Positions 53,401 through 64,000 of a stretch of DNA of 64,000 bases are shown piece by piece (within the stretch, counting starts at the first letter, position 1; the number at the start of each line of letters is the position of its first letter). Source of the stretch: an uncultured Gammaproteobacteria bacterium (GTDB lineage: Bacteria > Pseudomonadota > Gammaproteobacteria > SZUA-229); the NCBI GenBank assembly GCA_963711255.1, contig CAVQDO010000006.1:1491-65490 (forward strand), written 5' to 3'. The translations under genes were made by a program, and so were the position numbers. A model generated the notes under the pieces. The model was given only the letters and a program-made list of their open reading frames with translations, made no database searches and was not told where the DNA came from.

Positions 53401-53940
53401 CTATGTGCTAGTAACATCCCGATATTTAACGGGCCTGTTATTTTCAGAATCAGCATCGACAGGTAGTCTAGCGATAGTATTAGTACGACGAATTTTGTTT
53501 TGCAGCTGCAATATTCCGTATAACAATGCTTCAGCGGTTGGCGGACAGCCGGGCACATAAATATCAACCGGAACAATACGATCACAGCCACGAACGACAG
53601 AATAAGAATAATGATAATAACCGCCGCCATTGGCACAGGAGCCCATGGAAATAACCCAGCGCGGCTCAGCCATCTGGTCATAGACTTTACGCAAAGCCGG
53701 AGCCATCTTGTTACACAGGGTACCGGCAACAATCATCACATCAGACTGGCGCGGGCTGGGACGGAACAGCATGCCGAAACGATCAAGGTCATAACGCGAG
53801 GCACCAGCCTGCATCATTTCTACCGCGCAGCAGGCGAGGCCAAAAGTCATCGGCCACATCGAACCGGTACGGGCCCAGTTGATTAATTTATCAGCAGAAG
53901 TGGTAACAAAACCTTTTTCTAAAACGCCTTCTATTCCCAT
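53401..53940 (-). CDS. nuoB: NADH-quinone oxidoreductase subunit B
   Basis: [15 protein letters not shown]...[11 protein letters not shown]2 cluster ligands (CC...GCPP). Confidence 0.93.
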   Translation of the reverse strand: MGIEGVLEKGFVTTSADKLINWARTGSMWPMTFGLACCAVEMMQAGASRYDLDRFGMLFRPSPRQSDVMIVAGTLCNKMAPALRKVYDQMAEPRWVISMGSCANGGGYYHYSYSVVRGCDRIVPVDIYVPGCPPTAEALLYGILQLQNKIRRTNTIARLPVDADSENNRPVKYRDVTST

Positions 53941-54290
53941 TCCAGCGCTCCCTTCTTCCATTCATAAATGAAACCGATCACCAGAACACCAAGAAATATA
54001 CCCATCGCTAAAATACCGAATAAGCCAATTTTGTCGAGCACGATAGCCCAGGGGAAAAGAAATGCGATTTCCAGATCAAAAATGATGAAAAGAATAGCAA
54101 CAAGATAGTAACGCACATCGAACTTCATGCGTGCGTCTTCGAAGGCTTCAAAGCCACATTCGAATGGGGAATTTTTAGCTTCGTCAGGTTTAGATGGTGC
54201 CAGTACGAAACCGCCAACGAACATGGCGCCGACTCCGACCATCATGCCAATGACAAGAAAAATCAATACTGGCAAATAATTTTCGAGCAT
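53931..54290 (-). CDS. nuoA: NADH-quinone oxidoreductase subunit A
   Basis: 119 aa, 3 TM helices, first gene of the operon. Confidence 0.9.
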   Translation of the reverse strand: MLENYLPVLIFLVIGMMVGVGAMFVGGFVLAPSKPDEAKNSPFECGFEAFEDARMKFDVRYYLVAILFIIFDLEIAFLFPWAIVLDKIGLFGILAMGIFLGVLVIGFIYEWKKGALEWE

Positions 54291-54422
54291 AATTTCGACC
54301 TTTGGCTCAACCCTTTGGTTTTATATTTTTGATCTATATTAAATAGACACTTTTTTTACGCTTCCCGCGCCCCTTTTTTTAACTCGGGCATTTTTCTTTT
54401 TGGGCTTCCTGCACATTAAATT

Positions 54423-54507
54423 TGGTGCCGATGGCCGGAGTCGAACCGGCACAGCTTTCGCCACTACCCCCTCAAGATAGCGTGTCTACCAATTCCACCA
54501 CATCGGC
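54423..54507 (-). tRNA. leuU: tRNA-Leu (GAG)
   Basis: 85-nt type II tRNA; close match to E. coli leuU; anticodon loop UUGAGGG; encoded CCA; immediately downstream of secG as in E. coli. Confidence 0.9.
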
Positions 54508-54528
54508 AATATCTAATAACAAACGTAC

Positions 54529-54954
54529 TTACTTCTCACCTGCCGGTGCAGGTACATCCGCAGGTGGTACATCTGTCACTGAGGGAGCTACTGTTTCATC
54601 TGATTCAGGTATATCTGCCACTGGCACATCAGCCTCTTGTGAAGACATGCCATCGACAGGCACACTGATTTCTGTTGCTGGCGCAACCAATGCATCCAGC
54701 ACGCTATCGGTTTGCATATCACGGTTAGCCGCCAGGTAAGCCAGCACCAGGCTGTTAACAAAAAAGCCAACAGCAAAAATTGCCGTGGTTTTACTTAAAA
54801 AATTTGCCGAGCCGGTAGCACCGAAAACACTGCCGCCACCGCCACCACCGCCAAAAGCAGCACCGGCTGAGGCGCCCGCACCCTTCTGCAGCAACACCAG
54901 GGTAATGATTCCCAGTGATAAAAATACATGTAATACAAGAAGAACGATATCCAC
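54529..54954 (-). CDS. secG: preprotein translocase subunit SecG with unusual ~55-aa acidic Asp/Val/Pro-rich C-terminal extension
   Basis: Conserved SecG core (LLQKGAGASAGAAFGGGGGGGSVFG...FFVNSLVLAY), 141 aa versus the usual ~110. Confidence 0.88.
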   Translation of the reverse strand: MDIVLLVLHVFLSLGIITLVLLQKGAGASAGAAFGGGGGGGSVFGATGSANFLSKTTAIFAVGFFVNSLVLAYLAANRDMQTDSVLDALVAPATEISVPVDGMSSQEADVPVADIPESDETVAPSVTDVPPADVPAPAGEK

Positions 54955-55026
54955 TTAATTTTCTCTCTTAACCTTAGTCTGTCTTAGTTTTGACTGGCTT
55001 ATCTATAACGAACCAGGCTGCCGGAA

Positions 55027-55779
55027 TTACTCAGCGGCCTGAGCAATAGCCAGAAAATCAGCAGCTTTCAGCGATGCACCGCCAATTAAACCACCATCGA
55101 TATCTGGCTGGCCAATTAATTCTTTCGCGTTACCCGGATTCATGCTGCCACCGTAAAGAATTCGTAAACCTGCAGCCACATCAGCATTTAACGCAGCAAT
55201 TTTACCGCGAATAAAAGCATGTACTTCCTGTGCCTGTTCTGGTGATGCTACTTTGCCTGTACCAATCGCCCATACTGGTTCATAAGCTATAACGCCATCA
55301 GCCAGTGCTTCAACACCTTCCAGTGCGAGAACTGCGTCTATTTGACGGGCACAGACATCATTAGTTACACCCGATTCACGCTCTTCCAGGGTTTCACCGA
55401 TACAGAAGATTGGCTTGATACCATTACGGCGCGCTGCAGCAAAACGCTTCGCAACCAGCTCGTCGCTTTCACCATATAACGCACGGCGTTCCGAGTGACC
55501 AATAATAGCGTATTCACAACCGACATCTTTCAGCATATCCGCTGAAATTTCACCGGTGAAAGCACCGCCGTCCTGATCACAAACGTTCTGTGAACCCACT
55601 TTAATCGCAGTGCCGTCAGCCGCACCGGAAACACGAGGAATATATACAGCAGGAGGACAAACCACCAGCTCAGCCTTGGTGACTGAAGACAACCCTTCTT
55701 TAATACCAGCCATTAATTCTTTGACCGATTCACTGGAACCATTCATTTTCCAGTTGCCAGCTACCATCACCTGACGCAT
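55027..55779 (-). CDS. tpiA: triosephosphate isomerase
   Basis: VVAGNWKMNG, AYEPVWAIGTGK, GGSMNP motifs. Confidence 0.95.
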   Translation of the reverse strand: MRQVMVAGNWKMNGSSESVKELMAGIKEGLSSVTKAELVVCPPAVYIPRVSGAADGTAIKVGSQNVCDQDGGAFTGEISADMLKDVGCEYAIIGHSERRALYGESDELVAKRFAAARRNGIKPIFCIGETLEERESGVTNDVCARQIDAVLALEGVEALADGVIAYEPVWAIGTGKVASPEQAQEVHAFIRGKIAALNADVAAGLRILYGGSMNPGNAKELIGQPDIDGGLIGGASLKAADFLAIAQAAE

Positions 55780-56066
55780 TATATTCTCCGCCTATCTATT
55801 CTATGTGTTTTCAAAGGGAGTGAAGGATACCTGTCAGCACCCAATAAATCAATGACGATAAAAGCAATTTATCGGGCAAAATCCACACAAATCACAACAA
55901 GAACGGCCTTTACACACTTTTCAATGACTTAAATGTGAATTCAATAAGTAATGTTTATCGCAATATAGAGTATATTAGTTATTAGCCAAAGCTAATACAG
56001 TGCCTTAAACAGCATATGAAGTGGCATAGGGAGCAGTGTATTCTTAACTATCGATAACGAATAGTA

Positions 56067-57416
56067 TTATCCGGCCTTGCCAACTTGCTCAGCAATCTCA
56101 TTCGCCAGTTGTGAAACCAGTAGCTCATCTTCACCTTCCACCATGACACGAATTAAAGGCTCGGTGCCAGAAGGGCGCAATAAAACTCGGCCGCGGCCAT
56201 TCAGTTTCTCTTCTGCCGCTGTCACAGATTCCTGCACGGCTTTGGATTGCATAGGATCCGCGCCCCGTTGCAACGGTACATTAATCATTACCTGCGGGAA
56301 CTTACTCATGCCAGACTTTACCTCATGCAAGGTGATATTTTCTTTTGCCAGGTAGGCCAGCACCTGCAGCGCCGAAACAATACCATCACCGGTGGTCGTT
56401 CTATCCAGGCAGATAATATGGCCCGAGGACTCACCGCCAATAGTCCAGCCTTTCTGGTTTAACATTTCAAGCACGTAACGATCACCAACCTGGCTGCGCT
56501 CAAAATCAATACCCAGTGCCCTGATCGCCAGTTCCATGCCAAGGTTGGACATCAGGGTACCAACGACCCCACCCTTATTCTCACCTTCGCTGAGTCGTGA
56601 ACGTGCGATTACATATAAAAGCTCATCACCATCAACCACCTCACCATGATGATCCACCATCAGTACACGGTCGCCGTCACCATCAAAAGCGATGCCCAGA
56701 TCAGCACCTTCAAGCTTGACGTGTGATATGAGCTGCTCTGGATGGGTGGAACCACAGTTCAGGTTGATATTTAAACCATCTGGCCGATCGCCGATAGCAA
56801 TAACCTGGGCACCCAGCTCGGCAAATACTTTTGGCGCAATGTCATAAGTTGCACCATTTGAACAGTCCAGCACTATCTTTAAACCTTTAAGGCGCACACT
56901 CATCGGAATGGTGGCCTTACAGGCTTCAATATAACGCCCCTCGGCATCGACTACACGCCGCGCCTTACCCAGGACTGACGATTCCACAATTTCCATTTCC
57001 GAATCATACATACGCTCAATTTCATACTCTATTTCATCATCGAGTTTTTCACCCTGCGGGGAAAAGAATTTAAGTCCGTTATCATAAAAGGGATTATGCG
57101 AAGCACTAATAACAATACCCGCAGAAGCGCGCAAAGTTCGCGTCAGGTAGGCAATACCCGGTGTAGGCATTGGTCCAAGTAAATCAATATCTACGCCCGC
57201 AGCCGACAACCCGGCCTCCAGCGCAGACTCAAACATGTAGCCGGATATACGGGTATCTTTACCAATAATGACACGGTTTACCTGGCCACCATCATTTTTA
57301 TTCGATGCCAGCACGCGGCCAACAGCCCAGCCCAGTTTAAGGACTTTCTCCGGGGTCATTAAACCCTGGCCTACTTTTCCGCGAATACCGTCTGTTCCAA
57401 AATATTTTTTTGCCAT
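56067..57416 (-). CDS. glmM: phosphoglucosamine mutase
   Basis: FGTDGIRG, active-site SASHNP, 449 aa. Confidence 0.95.
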   Translation of the reverse strand: MAKKYFGTDGIRGKVGQGLMTPEKVLKLGWAVGRVLASNKNDGGQVNRVIIGKDTRISGYMFESALEAGLSAAGVDIDLLGPMPTPGIAYLTRTLRASAGIVISASHNPFYDNGLKFFSPQGEKLDDEIEYEIERMYDSEMEIVESSVLGKARRVVDAEGRYIEACKATIPMSVRLKGLKIVLDCSNGATYDIAPKVFAELGAQVIAIGDRPDGLNINLNCGSTHPEQLISHVKLEGADLGIAFDGDGDRVLMVDHHGEVVDGDELLYVIARSRLSEGENKGGVVGTLMSNLGMELAIRALGIDFERSQVGDRYVLEMLNQKGWTIGGESSGHIICLDRTTTGDGIVSALQVLAYLAKENITLHEVKSGMSKFPQVMINVPLQRGADPMQSKAVQESVTAAEEKLNGRGRVLLRPSGTEPLIRVMVEGEDELLVSQLANEIAEQVGKAG

Positions 57417-57424
57417 TTTAAATC

Positions 57425-58361
<937 letters not shown>

Positions 58362-58396
58362 CTAATGGTTTAATCATTGATGATTTAAAAGCAGAC

Positions 58397-60325
58397 TTAG
58401 TGCTGTCCCGCAGGACCGCCAATGGTGCCGTCACCAGAGTCTTTTTTCTGCTTCTTTCCGGTATCAGAGCTGCTGGTATCGTCATCATCCAGATCACTCC
58501 AGTCTTTAGGTGCAGGAACTTCACGGCCTTCCATCAGTGCATCAATCTGCTTCACATCAATCGTTTCATACTTCATCAATGCATCCGTCATTGCATGAAG
58601 AATATCAATGCGCTCTTTCAAAATGTTTTCAGCACGCTGGTAATTACGATCAATCAGGTCACGAATTTCTTCATCGATAATTCGCGCGGTATCATCACCC
58701 ATGTTTTTGTGCTGCGTCACTGAACGACCAAGGAATACTTCACCCTCATCTTCAGAATAGGTTAATGGACCCAGGCGTTCCGATAAACCCCACTTGGTCA
58801 CCATGCTGCGCGCCAGGTTAGTGGCGCGTTCAATATCGTTTGAAGCACCCGTTGTTACACTGTCTTTACCGTAAATCAGTTCTTCTGCGATACGGCCGCC
58901 AAACAGGCTGGAAATCTGACTTTCCAGATGCTTCTTGCTGTGGCTGTAACGGTCTTCCTCGGGTAAAAACATGGTTACACCCAGGGCACGGCCACGCGGA
59001 ATAATACTCACTTTATAAACCGGATCGTGATCAGGAACCAGGCGACCAACAATGGCATGCCCCGCTTCGTGATAAGCGGTAAGTTTTTTCTCTTTCTCGG
59101 ACATCACCATTGAACGGCGCTCAGCACCCATCATGATTTTGTCTTTCGCCCGCTCAAAATGCGACATATTCACCGAACGGCTGTTCTCACGTGCAGCGAA
59201 CAATGCGGCTTCATTGACCAGGTTGGCCAGGTCAGCACCGGAGAAACCAGGCGTACCACGTGCAATAATTGCTAGTTTCACATCTTCTGCTTCTGGCACT
59301 TTGCGAATATGTACTTTAAGAATTTGCTCACGTCCACGAATATCAGGCAGCGGCACAACAACCTGGCGGTCAAAACGACCCGGTCTCAATAACGCTGGAT
59401 CAAGCACGTCAGGACGGTTCGTCGCTGCAATAACAATCACACCTTCGGTGCCTTCAAAACCATCCATCTCGACCAGCAACTGGTTTAATGTCTGCTCACG
59501 CTCGTCATGTCCACCACCTAAACCGGCACCACGATGACGGCCTACTGCGTCAATCTCGTCGATAAAGATAATACAGGGCGAGTGTTTTTTCGCGGTCTCG
59601 AACATATCACGTACCCGTGATGCACCTACACCGACAAACATCTCGACAAAGTCAGAACCGGAAATGGTGAAAAACGGTACTTTTGCTTCACCGGCAATCG
59701 CTCTTGCCAGCAAGGTTTTACCGGTACCGGGAGAACCCACCATTAAAACACCGCTGGGAATTTTTCCGCCCAGCTTCTGAAATTTTGTTGGATCCCTGAG
59801 GAAATCGACCAGTTCTGACACTTCTTCTTTGGCTTCTTCTGCGCCGGCCACATCTTTAAAAGTAACGCTGATTTCGTCTTCGCCCAGCATTCGCGCCTTG
59901 CTTTTACCAAATGACATGGCACCGCGGCCACCGCCGCCGCCCTGCATCTGACGCATGAAAAATATCCAGATACCAATGAGTAACAGGAACGGGAACCATG
60001 AAATAAAGATAGTCATCAATAATGACTGGCCTTCAGGAGGTGCAGCAGTAATCTCTACGCCATTGTCCAGTAAATCACCAATCATGGCGGTATTGCTGGT
60101 TTCCGGGCTATAGGTTTTAAATACACTGCCGGTATTTGTTTTACCTTTAATATCACGGCCTTCAATCGTAACCTGAACAATCTGGCCGGACTTAACCATC
60201 TGTATATAAGCAGAATAAGGCAGCGCTTGCGGGCTTCCTGTCTGTTTACTGAAATTACTGAAAACTGACAGCAAAACTACCGCTATAACAGCCCATAAAA
60301 CCAAATTCTTTGCTAAATCGTTCAC
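58397..60325 (-). CDS. ftsH: ATP-dependent zinc metalloprotease FtsH
   Basis: AAA+ Walker A (GSPGTGKT), SRH, zinc HEAGH motif, 642 aa. Confidence 0.95.
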   Translation of the reverse strand: MNDLAKNLVLWAVIAVVLLSVFSNFSKQTGSPQALPYSAYIQMVKSGQIVQVTIEGRDIKGKTNTGSVFKTYSPETSNTAMIGDLLDNGVEITAAPPEGQSLLMTIFISWFPFLLLIGIWIFFMRQMQGGGGGRGAMSFGKSKARMLGEDEISVTFKDVAGAEEAKEEVSELVDFLRDPTKFQKLGGKIPSGVLMVGSPGTGKTLLARAIAGEAKVPFFTISGSDFVEMFVGVGASRVRDMFETAKKHSPCIIFIDEIDAVGRHRGAGLGGGHDEREQTLNQLLVEMDGFEGTEGVIVIAATNRPDVLDPALLRPGRFDRQVVVPLPDIRGREQILKVHIRKVPEAEDVKLAIIARGTPGFSGADLANLVNEAALFAARENSRSVNMSHFERAKDKIMMGAERRSMVMSEKEKKLTAYHEAGHAIVGRLVPDHDPVYKVSIIPRGRALGVTMFLPEEDRYSHSKKHLESQISSLFGGRIAEELIYGKDSVTTGASNDIERATNLARSMVTKWGLSERLGPLTYSEDEGEVFLGRSVTQHKNMGDDTARIIDEEIRDLIDRNYQRAENILKERIDILHAMTDALMKYETIDVKQIDALMEGREVPAPKDWSDLDDDDTSSSDTGKKQKKDSGDGTIGGPAGQH

Positions 60326-60419
60326 TTAACTGCTCCGATAACATTCGCTACATGGCGAACAAATATTAGATAATAACTAACTTACACCACTTTAAGGTGT
60401 GTTGCTAGTAGCTGAATTA

Positions 60420-61049
60420 CTAGGAATCCTTGCCAAGAAACCCGCTTGCCAGTGCATACACTTCGCGGCTCCTGGCCCGTGATGCTTTAGGCTTACGCAT
60501 GACCACTTTGGAAAAACTGCCCTTTAATTCTTTACTGTATGATTCGAAACCTTCGCCCTGGAAAAGTTTCACTAAAAAACTGCCGCCCGGATTTAATACC
60601 TGCCTTGCCAGGTCAAGTGCCAGTTCGCACAAATAGTACGCCCGTGGCATATCAACAGAGCCCATGCCGGTTATATTGGGGGCCATATCAGAAATAACAA
60701 GGTCTGCCCGATTATTATCCATTACTTTCATTAATTCGTCGAAAACGGCGTCTTCTCGAAAATCACCTTCAATAAAGGTGACGCCATCAATTGGCTCCAT
60801 AGGCAAAATGTCCAGAGCTACCATGGTGCCTTTAGCGCCCATTTTTTTCACGCAATATTCCGACCAGCCACCCGGTGCAGCACCGAGATCGATGATAGTC
60901 ATACCGGGTTTGACCAGGTGGTCCTTTTGATCGATTTCAATGAGTTTATAAATAGCGCGAGAACGATAACCGTCCTGCTGTGAACGACGAACGTACTCAT
61001 CGTCGAAATGCTCTTTTAACCAGCCTTTACTGCTTTTGCTTTTAGCCAT
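60420..61049 (-). CDS. rlmE: 23S rRNA (uridine2552-2'-O)-methyltransferase RlmE (FtsJ/RrmJ)
   Basis: [14 protein letters not shown]-binding [10 protein letters not shown]; start chosen at MAKSKSSK (ATG 61049). Confidence 0.92.
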   Translation of the reverse strand: MAKSKSSKGWLKEHFDDEYVRRSQQDGYRSRAIYKLIEIDQKDHLVKPGMTIIDLGAAPGGWSEYCVKKMGAKGTMVALDILPMEPIDGVTFIEGDFREDAVFDELMKVMDNNRADLVISDMAPNITGMGSVDMPRAYYLCELALDLARQVLNPGGSFLVKLFQGEGFESYSKELKGSFSKVVMRKPKASRARSREVYALASGFLGKDS

Positions 61050-61108
61050 GTTGATATTTGTTAGCCGCAAACAACATTACAGCTGTTGCCTGCTTAACAG
61101 ACTGGTTT

Positions 61109-61408
61109 TTAAGCTTTAGGGATTTCAATGATCGCCCGATCAGGATTCACGCGATAGACTGACAGTGTTTTACCAATCGACTGTACTTCCTGGCACTGGC
61201 TGCGCTCGCAAATTTCGGCAATCATCTGTTTACGATCGTCACGATCATCAACCGCAAGTTTTATTTTAACCAGCTCGTGATGCGTTAGCGCGATATCCAG
61301 TTCATTTAAAACTTCTTCAGTCAGGCCTTTCTGGCCAAGCTGAATGACAGCTTTTAAATCGTGGCACTTCGCGCGCAGGAATTTGATTTGTTTTTTAGAG
61401 AGTGGCAT
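61109..61408 (-). CDS. yhbY: YhbY/CRS1-domain RNA-binding protein
   Basis: 99 aa; LSKKQIKFLRAKCHDLKAVIQLGQKGLTEEVLNELDIALTHHELVKIKL matches the YhbY family. Confidence 0.85.
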   Translation of the reverse strand: MPLSKKQIKFLRAKCHDLKAVIQLGQKGLTEEVLNELDIALTHHELVKIKLAVDDRDDRKQMIAEICERSQCQEVQSIGKTLSVYRVNPDRAIIEIPKA

Positions 61409-61419
61409 AAAGCGCTCGA

Positions 61420-61896
61420 TTAGATATAGCGAATTTCAACAATTTCCAGCGAACGCAAACCGCCAGGTGTCTGCACCTCTGCAACATCACCCTCTACTTT
61501 GCCAATCAGGGCACGCGCAATCGGCGAGCCAATTGAAATCATATTGTTTTTGATATCGGCCTCGTCTTCCCCGACGATCTGATAAGTTAGCTCGTCACCG
61601 GTTTCTTCATCAGCAACATCAACAGTAGCGCCAAACACCACTTTACCGTTTGCATTAACCGTGGTGACATCAATGATCGTGGCGTTACCCAGCTTACCTT
61701 CGATATCCTTAATCCGGCCTTCAATAAAACCCTGCTGCTCTCGTGCCGCATGGTATTCAGCATTTTCTTTCAAATCGCCGTGCTCACGCGCGGTTGCAAT
61801 ATCTTCAATCACTTTTGGCCGGTCAACGGATTTTAACTGCAGCAATTCGTCCTGCAGTTTTTGTGCGCCGCGTACAGTAATAGGTACTTTATTCAC
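61420..61896 (-). CDS. greA: transcription elongation factor GreA
   Basis: 158 aa, N-terminal coiled coil and C-terminal FKBP-like domain, highly conserved. Confidence 0.93.
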   Translation of the reverse strand: MNKVPITVRGAQKLQDELLQLKSVDRPKVIEDIATAREHGDLKENAEYHAAREQQGFIEGRIKDIEGKLGNATIIDVTTVNANGKVVFGATVDVADEETGDELTYQIVGEDEADIKNNMISIGSPIARALIGKVEGDVAEVQTPGGLRSLEIVEIRYI

Positions 61897-64000
61897 GATA
61901 TAGTCTCTTTTCTATCCCGTTTAATCTCTTCATGCAAATGCTGCAATCGGGTAACGGTATTCACTTCCAGGTAATCCAGGGCCAGAACAGTCGCATTGGC
62001 GCCAGCAATGGTGGTAGTGTAACTCACCTTATGCTGTAATGCAGATGCTCGTATAGTATAGGAATCATTGATTGCTTTCTTACCTTCCGTGGTATTAATG
62101 ATTAAGGCAATTTCACCATTTTTAATCATATCGACAATATGCGGACGGCCTTCATAAACCTTGTTGACCAGTTTGCACTCTATGCCTGCTGCCTGCAATG
62201 AACGGCCGGTACCACTGGTAGCAACCAGTTTGAAGCCTTTAGCAACCAGTTCACGACCCAGTGAAACAGCATGATCCCTGTCACGTTCACGCACACTGAT
62301 AAATACACGGCCCCTGGTTGGCAGTTCGACACCGGCTCCCAGCTGCGCTTTGGCAAAAGCCATGCCGAAACTTTCACCGACGCCCATTACTTCGCCGGTT
62401 GATTTCATCTCGGGACCCAGCAATGGATCGACACCCGGGAATTTGACGAACGGGAATACCGATTCTTTTACGGCATAAGTTTTTGGCACCACTTCTTCAG
62501 TAATGCCCTGCTCTTTCAGTGATTTACCCGCCATACAACGCGCCGCAATCTTGGCCAGCGGTACACCGGTTGCCTTGGATACGAATGGCACGGTACGAGA
62601 AGCACGTGGATTCACTTCCAGTAAATAAATGTTTTCGCCACCGTCAACGAACTGAATCGCAAACTGGATATTCATCAGGCCAACAACGCCCAGTTTCAGC
62701 GCCAGCATTCGTGTTTGCTCTCGCAGCTGATCCTGCACTTCTATCGTTAACGAATAAGGCGGCAATGAACAGGCTGAGTCACCAGAGTGGACGCCGGCCT
62801 GCTCGATGTGTTCCATAATGCTGCCGATTAACACCTGCTCACCATCGCAGATTGCATCAACGTCAACTTCGACCGCATCATCCAGGAATCGATCCAGCAG
62901 TACCGGTGCATCATTAGAAACACTGACCGCATTGGCCATATAGTATTTCAGGTCTGCTTCGTTATAAACGATTTCCATGGCACGGCCGCCGAGTACATAA
63001 GAAGGACGCACCACCAGTGGGAAACCAATCTCGGCAGCACCAACAACCGCTTCTTCGGTGGAGCGCGCCAGGCGGTTCGGCGGCTGCTTCAGGCCGAGCT
63101 CGTTAACCACCTGCTGGAAACGTTCGCGGTCTTCGGCAAGGTCGATACAATCCGGCGTGGTACCGATAACGGGTACACCCGCAGCCTCAAGGTCGCGCGC
63201 CAGTTTCAGCGGCGTTTGCCCGCCATACTGCACGATTACGCCTTTAGGTTTTTCTTTATCCAGCACTTCGAGCACATCTTCCAGTGTTAACGGCTCAAAA
63301 TACAGGCGATCAGAGGTGTCGTAATCGGTAGAAACCGTTTCGGGGTTACAGTTGATCATAATGGTTTCATAACCATCATCACGCATGGCAAAAGCAGCAT
63401 GTACACAACAGTAATCGAACTCGATACCCTGACCGATACGATTCGGACCGCCGCCGAGCACAACAATTTTTTCGCGGTTATCAACGTTAGCTTCACACTC
63501 TTCTTCATAAGTGGAGTACATATAAGCCGTCGAAGTAGAAAACTCGGCAGCGCAGGTATCAACACGTTTGTACACCGGGCGGATACCCAGTGAATGACGG
63601 TAATCACGCACGGTTTTCTGCTCGCTGGCAATAGCTGTTGCCAACAGGCTATCGGAGAAACCCTTACGTTTTAACTGGAACATCTCATGTTTTGAAATAC
63701 TGTCCAGCGCTCTGCCGGCGAGCGACATTTCTATCTTGATCAATTCTTCAATCTGCACCAGGAACCAGGGATCAATTTTGGTGAGATTAAAGATTTTTTC
63801 ATTGCTGTAGCCGAGACGGTAGGCGTCGCCAACATAGAGCAGGCGATCAGCACCGGGCAGGCTCAACTCCTGGTTGAGGAATGATTCAACTTCGTCTTCC
63901 GCCATGTCAGGGTCAAGCACCGGGCTTAAGCCATCGATATCCACTTCCAGACCGCGCAGGGCTTTTTGCAGCGATTCCTGGAAAGTTCGGCCGATGGCCA
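61893..64000 (-). CDS. carB: carbamoyl-phosphate synthase large subunit, 3' portion (5' end lies beyond the window)
   Basis: Second ATP-grasp domain and MGS-like allosteric domain; open frame continues to the window edge. Confidence 0.93.
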   Translation of the reverse strand, partial: AIGRTFQESLQKALRGLEVDIDGLSPVLDPDMAEDEVESFLNQELSLPGADRLLYVGDAYRLGYSNEKIFNLTKIDPWFLVQIEELIKIEMSLAGRALDSISKHEMFQLKRKGFSDSLLATAIASEQKTVRDYRHSLGIRPVYKRVDTCAAEFSTSTAYMYSTYEEECEANVDNREKIVVLGGGPNRIGQGIEFDYCCVHAAFAMRDDGYETIMINCNPETVSTDYDTSDRLYFEPLTLEDVLEVLDKEKPKGVIVQYGGQTPLKLARDLEAAGVPVIGTTPDCIDLAEDRERFQQVVNELGLKQPPNRLARSTEEAVVGAAEIGFPLVVRPSYVLGGRAMEIVYNEADLKYYMANAVSVSNDAPVLLDRFLDDAVEVDVDAICDGEQVLIGSIMEHIEQAGVHSGDSACSLPPYSLTIEVQDQLREQTRMLALKLGVVGLMNIQFAIQFVDGGENIYLLEVNPRASRTVPFVSKATGVPLAKIAARCMAGKSLKEQGITEEVVPKTYAVKESVFPFVKFPGVDPLLGPEMKSTGEVMGVGESFGMAFAKAQLGAGVELPTRGRVFISVRERDRDHAVSLGRELVAKGFKLVATSGTGRSLQAAGIECKLVNKVYEGRPHIVDMIKNGEIALIINTTEGKKAINDSYTIRASALQHKVSYTTTIAGANATVLALDYLEVNTVTRLQHLHEEIKRDRKETIS

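Overview
This window looks like a largely core chromosomal segment of a gammaproteobacterium with moderate-to-low GC content. Every call below rests on ORF translations and motifs read by eye; no database search was run.

Gene content, from start to end:
- A Ste24-like M48 zinc protease, a small lipoprotein with one CXXCH motif, and pterin-4a-carbinolamine dehydratase.
- rsgA, then a divergent pair of an endonuclease/exonuclease/phosphatase (EEP) lipoprotein and a ClsB-like phospholipase D.
- tadA, guaA and guaB, a small secreted protein, xseA and dksA.
- An accessory-looking patch: a 538-aa lipase-like lipoprotein and a divergent two-component pair (a 7TMR-DISM histidine kinase and a LuxR-type regulator).
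- gluQ, acs, a Cys-rich protein, an HPP-family protein, a DUF167 protein, a SulP transporter and a HAD hydrolase.
- A four-gene TRAP transporter (T-P-Q-M) followed closely by a CPXCG zinc-finger gene and a Rof-like gene.
- A SPOR-domain lipoprotein.
- The conserved pnp-rpsO-truB-rbfA-infB-nusA-rimP-tRNA(fMet) cluster.
- The complete nuoN-to-nuoA operon (14 genes), then tRNA-Leu(GAG), secG, tpiA, glmM, folP, ftsH, rlmE, yhbY, greA and the 3' two-thirds of carB.

Notable non-genic features:
- A family of nested-palindrome, MITE-like intergenic repeats with three copies (inside the guaB-guaA spacer, after dksA, and in the rpsO-truB spacer).
- Apparent single-base frameshifts at short mononucleotide runs in acs and in the normally essential folP. 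These point to sequencing indels rather than true pseudogenes.
- Several rho-independent terminators.

I saw no CRISPR array, rRNA, integrase or transposase. The most system-like candidate is the TRAP-T (TPAT-like) transporter with the adjacent CPXCG/Rof pair. The strongest unexplained sequence signal is the nested-palindrome repeat family.
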